From Azolla caroliniana (taxonomy: Eukaryota > Plantae > Polypodiophyta): 64,000 nt of DNA. The notes below the pieces were generated by a model. That model did no database searches and was not told where the DNA came from. It saw only the letters and a list, made by a program, of their open reading frames with translations. Of this stretch, positions 51,434-61,747 are shown one piece after another. Location: NCBI GenBank assembly GCA_043228905.1, contig JBHGNT010000017.1, positions 2,852,001 to 2,916,000 on the forward strand. The letters run 5' to 3'. A program made the translations under genes and the position numbers. Position 1 is the first letter of the stretch, and each line of letters starts with the position of its first letter.

Positions 51434-54400
51434 CATACATACATTCATACATTTACATACATATGACCACATACGCACACACATATACATACACATACAT
51501 ACATTGGATATATACATACAAATTACAAGCACATTCATACTCATTCAATCATGTATATTGACATATACATACATATATGCATACACATACATACATACAT
51601 ATTCCACATATCACCATATATATATATACAGACATATGACTATAATGTTATATGTTTTACAAACATACATCCATACACATATATACATACATTACATACA
51701 TGCATACATATATACATACATTACACACACATATATACATATATACATACATTACACACACATATATACATATATACATACATTACATACATATGACTAT
51801 AATGTTATATGTTTTACAAACATACATCCATACACACACATATATATATTACATACATGCATACACATAAATACGTTACACACACATACGTACATATCAT
51901 CAGAAACTACAATACATACATATATACATAAATATTACGAACAAAAATCCACACACTCATGTATGCATATATGCATACACTGTTACACATACAAACATAC
52001 ATACATTACATATTACATATATACACATATGTACATTCATGCATGTACATACATACATTGCATATGCATATATTACAATCACACATTCATATACATTGAA
52101 TCATGTACATTGACATATGGATATATGCATACACATACACACATACACATACACACACACACATACACACATACACACATACACACATACATACATACAT
52201 ACATACATACATACATACATACATGTATGCATGCATGTATGTATACATACATACATTATATATGGATATATGCATACACAACATACATTACATATGGATA
52301 TATGCATACACATACATACATTACATATGCATACGCATATGTACATTTGTACGCGGACATACCTATATTCATTTATACATTGCTACATATACATACATTA
52401 GATATATACATAAATATTATGCAAATATGACAATCACACATACATACATAAATACATTACATTACATATGGATACATGCATACACATATACACATTTGTA
52501 CATGGACATACATATATTCATTTATACATTGCTACATATACATACACATATATACATAGATATTATGCACATATTACAATCAAACATCCATATACATTGA
52601 ATCATGTACATTTACATATGCATACACATAAGTACATTCGTACATGGACATACATACACATACATGACATATGCATATATGCATACACATATGTACATTC
52701 GTACATGAATGTTTTTTTTAATTTTTTTTATAAAAGATATCCTGTCATTAGTGTAATCATTTTACAAAATTAAAATTCTATGTGATTGGGGGGGGGGGGG
52801 GGGGGAACAACCATTTCGGAGGTTGAAAATGCCAATAAGGAATACCACAGTTGGCTGTCATGAATGGAGTAGCTTTCCATGTAGTGATAAACTCATGCCG
52901 TTGAGCAATTTTAGCATCAGAATCTCCAATAATACCATCCCATTGTCCCTTCAAAGTATGAACTAAGTCTAACCAAATATTTGAAACTAATTCGGCCAGT
53001 TGTGTTTTCAGCTGATGGAAAATAAGAGAGCACCTAACCTTCCAAATATGATATATGGTGGTACTACTCAATATCTCTCATACTGGTTGGACTTCCTTTT
53101 GTATTCCTATAAATTGTAATGACAACAATGACACTTCATGAACTCTTCCAAATTAGTGCAAAATCCATGGTCCATAGATTCGGTGTCATAATGAAATGCA
53201 TCACGGACAAGAGATGTCCAAACCACCATGCCCCAAGTGAAAACCAATGGGGAGAAATAGTTAGCAAAAATTCTAAGGAGACGTTGCCATATCAGTTGAG
53301 ACTCAGTACATTCCCATAAGCAATGTTTTTGAGTTTCCATTTGTAAATGGCATCGTGCACAGGTATACGTAAATGTTATGTTTAGTATGAATGTATGTAT
53401 GTATGTATGTGCACATAATGCACATGTATACGTGAATTTTATGTTTAGTATGAATGAATGAATGTATGCATGTATGAATGAATGAATAAATATATGAATG
53501 TACATATGTGTATATATGTAATATGTAATGTATATATATTTGTATGTGCATGCATATATGTGTGTGGATGTTTGTTTGTAATATGTATGTATGTGTATGT
53601 AAAATATATATATGAGGGGTATGAATGTTTAAGTTAAATTATAAAAGTGATAAGTGAAAATATTCTAAAGAAAAAATATAAAAAATGTGGGAGAGGGGTA
53701 TGAGTGAGAATAGGAAAAAATAGGTAAGGGGTAGTGCTGAAAATAAGAGAAAGTAAGGGGGGTAGGGCTAGAAATAGGAGAAAGTAGGGGAGGGGTAGGG
53801 CTGAAAATAGGAGAAAGTTGGGGAGGGGTAGGGCTTAGAATATAAAGTTTTTTTACATGGGGTGAGTTCATATATTCATTCATTCATGCAAGCATACATA
53901 TTTTATGCATACATTACATTATACATACATATATATTCATTCATTCATACATGCATGCATTACGTGCACATACATACATACATACATACATACATACATA
54001 CATACATACATACATACATTCATACTAAACATAAGATTCAAACATTCAAGTTTTATTTAATTTGGATTTTTGCCGCCTCCTCCTTTGCTCTACCTCCTCT
54101 TCTCCCCATTGCCGTCGGTCAACTCTTCTCCCCTTGTTGCTTCTGTCCTTGTTTCGCCGCCTTTAGACTCGTTTTGCCGCCTCGCCTCTGTTCTCGTTTT
54201 GTTGCCCCATTGCCGCTGTCGTTCGCCTTGTCATGCCGCTTTTGCTCACCATTATTCTTTTCGGGGCTGCCACAACTACTCTACAAATATTTTACAGGTA
54301 CACATAAGTACAAACATCAGAGATACATAATGCACACATACATAAACCAACACATAAATTCTTAGACATACACGCACTCACATAACATATACAATCTTAC

Positions 54401-54745
54401 ACACATGCCACACATACAATATATACAAGAAATGAAATTAATACAATACAATATGTACATACATACACAAATACCTATATACACTCACATACATACACAT
54501 TTACACATAACACATACATAGAATACAATATGTACACACACATACATACACATGGAATACAATACAATACATTCATAAACACACACACACATGTGTAGAA
54601 TATACATACACATATGGACACATATATATGTTGTATGGAACATACATACGCACACACAAACATAACACACATCACACATGCTATACATACAATAAATGCA
54701 ATTAAATAAAATACAATACAATATGTACATACATACACACATACC

Positions 54746-54781
<36 letters not shown>

Positions 54782-55050
54782 TAACACACAACACACATGC
54801 ATATCACATACAAACATATACGATGTATGGAACATACATTCACACACACAAACATAACAAACAACACACATGCATACCACATACAAACATATATGATGTA
54901 TGTTCCATACATACACACACAAACATAACACACAACACACATGCATACCACATACAAACATATATGATGTATGGAACATACATACACACAAATCACACAT
55001 GAATACCACATTCAAAATGCACACATACACACATATATATGATGTATGGT
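51047..55050. repeat. Degenerate (TACA)/(CA)n microsatellite field, right part, with higher-order duplications
   Basis: Low complexity; ~170-bp duplication at 51121-51460; source of the spurious H/I/Y/T-rich ORFs. Confidence 0.9.
52712..53365 (-). mobile_element. 5'-truncated L1 fragment (second family)
   Basis: Poly(A) tail 52712-52730; CARC..ETQKHCLWEC; YHIWKVRC...WHFQPPKWLFP. Confidence 0.82.
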
Positions 55051-55090
55051 TATATGAAAAGTGATTGGTGGGCCATTTTATGTGTAGATA

Positions 55091-56972
55091 ATGGATGAAG
55101 AATCTATTATTGAAGTGTTTGAACATGAGAGGGATGATGAAGATAAACCTTTGGGCATTGTAAGTGTGAGAGGAACTCTTACATATGCAAAGATCCGAGT
55201 GGAAATAATTGAGGACAGTATATTTTATGAACCATTTTCCTTTGTGTACACAAAAAATAATATTTTGAATGGGAAACAAGAAGTGAAATGGCGTTTAAAA
55301 GAAAATAAAGTCTATATCAAGCCTAGTATTGATAAACAAAAAGTCTCTTCAAAAGAATCATGCACTAATGTTGAGGGTTCATTGTTGAGTCAAGCCGTGG
55401 ACAATTTTAAAGATACGTCTCCAATTGCAACAATCACGGATAATATTACTAGAGATGTTTTAGGTAATGGATGATAGAATGTAGTATGATATGTGTAAAA
55501 TTAAGTAATGTTACAATTCCTCGAGATTATAAATTTGAGTTGAAGGTTGAGGATTTTTGTGTAAAAACAGTCATAAGATTATGGTGTAATGAGTGTGGAG
55601 AACCCTATGGTGTTGGTTCTACGGAAGCAAAAGTAGCAAATGTGTGTCTTAATATTTTTTTAGAAGTCATGAAAAACGATATTATGCTCAAATGGGGTTA
55701 AGCCAACAAGATGAATCAATAAACTTATCTGACGAGGCCTATATCAAGTTTTCGTTGGAAGTTCTCAAGACTTTTAATAACACTACAAGTGTAAGCATTT
55801 TTGTACTTTAAACCTTAATATTGTAGTTATGAATAATATGCTAATATATGTGAAAATTGTATTTTTATAGATGTAGAATTTGATTTAATAGAGGCAATAC
55901 TTCATGGATATAAAGATAAGGCAATGGTGAAGGTAAAATGCAAGATTGATGGATCTTGGTTACCATTATGCCCTCCACGGAGTGATTTGTCAACAATTTT
56001 GTCTCAACACATACAATCTAAGACCCATCTAACGACGATGGAGATGGTTCGACATGATGGTACACCAATAATGAGTGGATTTCTGGGTCGTCCACAAAAA
56101 CAAGAAGCTTTACCTTCAAATCAACAAACCTTGACCAAATTTCTTGTTTCAACCTTGCAACCTTCGTCCAGTCAAGAATCTGAGTTCTCTACTCCACATT
56201 ATTTTGGTTTGTCACTATTGTGTTGGGGATATTGGCATAACAACATAATGATAAATGATGAAGAAATACATGTAAAATCATTTCTCACTGAGCCTTATGG
56301 TTCTCTAAGACTTACACCAAAGCTGTTGTGATGTATGAGATGCAAGAGTGTGTTATTGATGGATGTCTTCGCCATTTTGATTGTAAAAGAGTATCAAAGA
56401 TTGAAGAACCCTTTCATAATCTTACATGTGAAAAATGTAATGAAATTCCAAAATGTAATGATTTCCGTATGAGGGTGTATAGGGAGTGTAAGGCTAAACT
56501 CAAAAGAGGTAATCGAGGAACTGGGGAGGGTAGGTGACTAGATTGTCTTACTCAAGAAAAGACAGGAAAGGAAATGTCAAGTTCTAAGCAAACCATCCGT
56601 CGCGCTCATAGATAAATATGGTGGCTAGCTTGCAAAGTTGCAATGCTTTCAGTAAAGGTAATGACTCTCAAGGAAGCGTCCCTTGAGAGTGTGGAACGGA
56701 ATGATGTTCAAAGATTTTGTAATAACATTATTGAGGCTCATCGAGCTAGAAAATTTGGTGGAAAGAATGCATTATGGGATTTCTTGACCGATGTTGCACA
56801 AAACCTTACTCGAAAGCCACATGGACAGTTACGATTTACAAACACATCTAAGGCAATTTTTGTCATGATTAAAATGTGGGGTGGACCAAGATTACACGAC
56901 TTTGTTTCTAAAAATTTAGATGGACCATCATTAAGCACTACAAAAGGATTTGAGAGAAAGGCAACTTCTTAG
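55091..56972 (+). pseudogene. Decayed transposase-like gene (Cys/His clusters plus P-element-like helical motif), truncated
   Basis: Collinear fragments WCNECGE, C..D...QHIQSKTH, CEKCNEIP, RFTNTSKAIFVMIKMWGGPRLHDFVSKNLDGPSLST; possible intron 55791-55870; no catalytic region seen. Confidence 0.55.
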
Positions 56973-58936
56973 GGTTTTCTTTTTATATAGTTGGTTTTTA
57001 TGAGTGTAACCTTTATTGTAATAAGTTTTTTAAGTAGACACTGAAATAACAAAATGATTTTTTTATTTTATTTTGTTTTGGGTAAGAATATATGAATAGA
57101 TGATGTCTTACATTTCAAATGGAAATATAAAATAGGTTGCCATTTGATTGATCAATATGTTTGAGAAAAAATAATGTTATGGTTTCATATGAGTCTATCC
57201 ATGAAACCAAACATAATGTTAATTTAGTAGTAATTTCATTATTGATATGCATTTTGGATTGTTCCATGTGTGCTCTTTGAGATATATATCTCAAGTTCAA
57301 GATTGTTTTATTGTAAATTACATTGTTTTTTATTGTTTTATATTCTTCATATGTCTCAATAAACTAAAAAACAAACTTATATGTGGCTTATATATGTTAT
57401 ACCTGTAGTGTTTTTGGGTAATGTTTCCTAATTGTGTGTGCATTACTTTGTACTTTACACATTGTGTTTTCAATCTATGTGGCACTTGATGAAGCATTTC
57501 TAGGAATTGCGTATGATGTTTAATGCTCATTCATAATTTTGCAAGTCATCAATTGTTAAGGAGGTCATTGATACCTTCTAGGATTGGAAACTATGTGTGC
57601 ATGTATATTTTATATGTAAGGGTATTTAAAATGGGTGGTTATCAAAAAATATATTGGTAGTAAGTGGTATTTTTATTAATCTTTTTTCTACAAAAGGGTC
57701 ACTAAAATAGTAAAAACCATCCGTATAAGGGGTTTATAAATGATGCCATGAACGCACGTGATACAGCCGTCTTATATATAGTGGAGTCCCCGGGAGTATC
57801 ACGCGGTGTTTGCATGAATTAGCTAAGGAGACCGTCCGGATAACTGAGATCGTGTGATCGTGAGGTAGATGAGACTCCCGATGAGTTGCCGATACTGAGT
57901 CGGCTCACACGCTTTGGTGCCGGAGTTTGCATCTAGTTTGAGATTGCGATTGAGCGGGGTTGTCGCAGATTTGCAATCAGACATTCGAACTTGTATAACA
58001 AGTTGAGGATGTAGTGTCATTGAGAGATCATGATTCTGGCTGGAGTCTGAATTACCTCGATGTCGAGGAAGTAGTGGGGCTCCTTCATGTCCGTCATCTC
58101 GAGCTTCTCGGAAAGAAGGGATTTGACCTTATTGATTTCGATGAGATGCTCACCTCCAATGACTAGGTCATCTACATATAAGATAATGACGATCGGAGTT
58201 GCGGAATCGCTTCGTATGTAGAGGGAGTTGTCCGATTTTGGCATACAGAAGCCGATTTGATGAAGATATTGCGTCATCTTCGAATACCAAGCACGCGATG
58301 CTTGCTTGAGGCCGTAGAGTGGCTTCTTGAGTCGGCATACAACTTTCGGATGGGTGCTCAAGTCAAAGCCGGGTGGTTGTATCATGTACACCTCTTCTAA
58401 TTCGCCTTGTAGAAAGGCATTCTTGATGTCCATTTGATGGAGGTGCCACCCTTTCGCCGCGGCAAGCGCTGTCGTGAAGATCCGTCACTACACGCGGATC
58501 GTGAGGCGGAACCCCCGGGGTTCTGGACCGGAAGGATTCAAAGTCGGTACAAGCTTTGGCACAAGCTTTAGCGAGAAAGTACTTACCATAGATTGGGAAA
58601 GAGAGAAGTTGAGATTACACGATTGAGAGAGATTGATTGAACTTTTAACTTTAGATTTAAGAAACAATTACACGATCAATTTGATAACGAATTTCTTCTT
58701 CTTAATTTCATAACAAAAAAACCATGTTTTTTCTCCTCCGCCCTCCTTCTTTTATAGATGCTCTCATGCATATGATGTATGTGAGGGTACAAGACATGCA
58801 TAAAATGCATGTTTGCCATTTGGTGCTTATGTATTACATGTGGTGCATGATAACCATGTCACTCATTTTAGCTCTCATGTATGAGAATTTACATGTAAAA
58901 GTACAATGATAGAAATATAAATTCAATTAAATGACA

Positions 58937-59003
58937 TGGCTTAATGGTAAGCCAATTGACTCCTAACTCGGAGGTGCAAGGTTCGAATCTTTACTTGCCC
59001 TCC
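58937..59003 (+). promoter_or_regulatory. tRNA-like A/B-box module, antisense in the LTR
   Basis: TGGCTTAATGG (58937-58947), 32 nt, GGTTCGAATC (58980-58989); D-arm-like GGCTT/AAGCC hairpin; homologous to the module at 38016-38067. Confidence 0.7.
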
Positions 59004-59039
59004 TTGTAAATATATATATTTATATATTTATTTATCTAG

Positions 59040-59945
59040 TCACCGGACGCCGGTTCGTCGAATGCCATCGCCGGTTGCCGTCGGATACCGGTGCCACCGC
59101 CGGATGCCGTCAGTTACCCCGGTGCCTCGCCGGATGCCGTCGCTGGTTGCCGTTAGATACCGTCGGATGCTGGTGCCTCGCCGGATGCCGTCGTCTCACC
59201 TACGCCGGTTGCCGTCGGATACCGTCGGATGCTAGTGTCTCACTGGCGCCGGTTCACCGGCTCCATCGTCGGTCCGATTTTGGTTGGCGAACGCCAGTTC
59301 GTCGGATGCCGTCGGTTACCGGTGCCTCGCCGGATGCCGTCGTCTCACCGACGCCAAATGCCGTCGCTGGTTGCCGTCGGATACCGTCGGATGCCGGTGT
59401 CTCACTGGCGCCGGATCACCGGCTCCATCGCCGGTCCGGTTTTGGTTGGCCAACGCCGGTTCGTCGGATGCCGTCAGTTACCGGTGCCTCGCCGGATGTC
59501 GTCCTCTCACCGACGTTGGATGCCGCCGGATGCCGTCGGTTACCGGTGCCTCGCCGAATGTCGTCATCTCACCGACGTCGGATGCCGGTTCGTCGGATGC
59601 CGTCAGTTATCGGTGCCTCGCCGGATGTTGTCCTCTCACCGATGTCGGATGCCGCCGGATGCCGTCGGTTACCGGTGCCTCGCCGAATGTCGTCATCTCA
59701 CCGACGCCGGATGCCGTCGGTTACTGGTGCCTCGCCGGATGCCATCGGTTACCGGTGCCTCGCCGGATGCCGTCGTCTCACCGACGTCGGATGCCGCCGC
59801 CGGATGCCGTCGTCTCACCGACGCTGGATGCCGCTGCCAGTTGCCGTCGTCTCACCGACGCCGGTTGCCGTCGGATACCGTCGGATGCCGGTGTCTCACT
59901 GGCGCCGAATCATCGGCTCCATCGCCGGTCCGGTTTTGGTTGGCC
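59040..59945. repeat. GC-rich CCGG/GCCG tandem mosaic inside the LTR U3
   Basis: Recurrent gccggatgccgtcggttaccggtgcctc and cgtcgtctcaccgacg modules. Confidence 0.9.
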
Positions 59946-61747
59946 AAAACCCTTTACGAGTAGATAGCCCACCTCCAACTCTTAGTTCAAGTTACCTTGA
60001 ACTCTCTATGCTCCACACATAGACACAAAGATAATATCTTTTGCTCTACCTTATATATGATGAGAGCCGTATTTGTCATGCCTATGTGGAATATCTCACA
60101 ATTTTCTCTTTTCCTTTCACAAACTTTATACCCTCATATCTTGACATTTAGTTGTCCGTTTCTCGTGTAATAAAGTGCATTCGAAACCTCCATCATTTTA
60201 TACTTAGATATTAAATTTATTTAAAATGTTATCTTCACAATTATTGTATTATTTGATTCATACTCAATTTTGTACGTTTTATGGGATTTTCACACTATTG
60301 CCGAAAATCTTCACGACATCCACCCCACCAAACCGCACGTCCTCCGGTACGTGCCAAGAAGAGAGAAAGTGAGATTTCGGCTACGGTGATCAATTAGATT
60401 CCTCAATGTCTTCATTTACATCCGCCCTATTATGTTCATCGTCGAGGTAATCGAGGTCAGGATCCTTGTCTTGTCTTTTCTTGAAAATCTTTACTCTTTT
60501 TCCCGCAATGGGTACGGCCAACCTTGATCCGTCTAGTTCCGCAAGGTGGTATGTGGCATTATCGTTGGCACTTGTCACCACATACGGCCCGAACCATCTT
60601 CTTGCGAACTTCCTTGTTGTACTGTGTTGATTGTCAAGGGTGCTGTCGTAAACCAAAACCCAATCCCCTTCTTCAATCTTCTTGGGACGAAGTCGATGCG
60701 TGTTGTCGAACCGAACTTTGTTCTTTACTCGGGCTGCCTCCATCATCTTTCGCGCTTTTTCTAAATCCTCAGGTCTTCTTTCAAGTTGTCTTATCCGCAC
60801 CGCTAATAACTCTTCTCGGCTCATCTCGTTCTCCCACGGTATCGCTACCCATGAGGCGATTGTCCTTTCGATGGGCATAATCGGCTTTTGTCCATACATA
60901 AGCTCTGTCGGCATATACCCTATCACCGAGCTATATGTCGTTCTATCGGCCCATAGGGCATAGGGTAATAGTCGTGGCCAATTCCCGACTCGACCGTTGC
61001 ATGCTCGTACGATGGCTTTAACGATAGGTCCATGCCCTCGCTCAATCTTCCCATTCGCTTCCGGATTGTAGGCAATCGTGAGGGAGAGCTTCACGCCTAG
61101 TCTTTCGAAGAGCTCTGTCACTTCGTACGCGTCCAACTCCCCTTGGTCAGCCACTATCTTTCCTACACATCAATATCGGCAAACAACCTCTTCAAACAGA
61201 AATTTGCAAACGGCTGAAGTCGTCTTATTTGTCAAGGCTCGTCCTTCCACTTGATTTGTCAAGTCTTCCCTTGCCAGCGCTAAGTACTTCATTTGTCCCA
61301 CTCCCATTGGCAGCGAGACCAGATCCACCATCCATTTGAAGTGTATGGTGAGTGGGTATGTCGGCTGTAACTCATCATGATGACGTATATTTGAATATAT
61401 TTGGCAAGTTTCGCATGTGGACACGAAATGGAGTACATCTTTGTACATGCTTGGCCACCAGTACTTCTCCTTCAACTTTTCGAGCGTCGCCCATGTTCCT
61501 CTATGACCTACCCAAGCACTCTCGTGGAATTTGGTCATCAACATCTCTTCCTCTTCTTTCTTTACCACCACTCGACGTGGTATTCCTGTCCTTCTTTTTG
61601 GATGTCGCCAAAGGAATCCTCCCTTCAAGAAGTATCGGTAAGCTTTCTTTCGGATTCGTAGGGCCTCCTCCTTTGTCAACGAAGCATCTGTCATCAATGT
61701 TCTTAGGAATCTACCGATGAGTAACCACTCTCCTTCATACTCGTTCT

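Larger units (their letters stand above)
30382..57794 (+). mobile_element. TIR DNA transposon, 8-bp TSD AGTATCAC, about 8 kb without the LINE nest; P-like candidate
   Basis: TIRs cccgggggcttcattg / cccggggactccacta (4 transitions in 16 bp); TSD at 30374-30381 and 57795-57802. Confidence 0.88.
29198..58469 (-). mobile_element. Ty1/copia family C copy: 3' LTR 29198-29575, RH 29576-30381, RT resumes 57803-58469
   Basis: The two pieces join seamlessly across AGTATCAC and match the copy at 4656-6305; interrupted again at 58470. Confidence 0.92.
58470..61747 (-). mobile_element. Non-chromovirus gypsy, 3' part: integrase and 1849-bp 3' LTR (58470-60318)
   Basis: Integrase ORFs 61170-61747 (H..GH..CETC) and 60390-61154 (YNPEANGKIER, WFGPY); LTR TGTCGTGAAGAT inverted termini; GCGC flank. 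Confidence 0.9.

Noticed and set aside
52700-53376. TSD for the truncated second L1
   Set aside because: Only a loose match (tacatgaatg / tacgtaaatg) in low-complexity DNA; not supportable.
50815-55279. Long His/Ile/Tyr/Thr- or Cys/Val/Met-rich ORFs (e.g. 51429-52430)
   Set aside because: Translations of TACA/TGTA microsatellite with no domain signal.
58930-59005. Functional tRNA gene (CTCCTAA loop suggests Arg-CCT)
   Set aside because: Acceptor and anticodon stems do not pair; kept only as a tRNA-like promoter module. The same applies to the other three modules.
59075-60022. Overlapping 227-315-aa Arg/Pro-rich ORFs in three frames
   Set aside because: Stop-poor GC tandem repeat inside an LTR.
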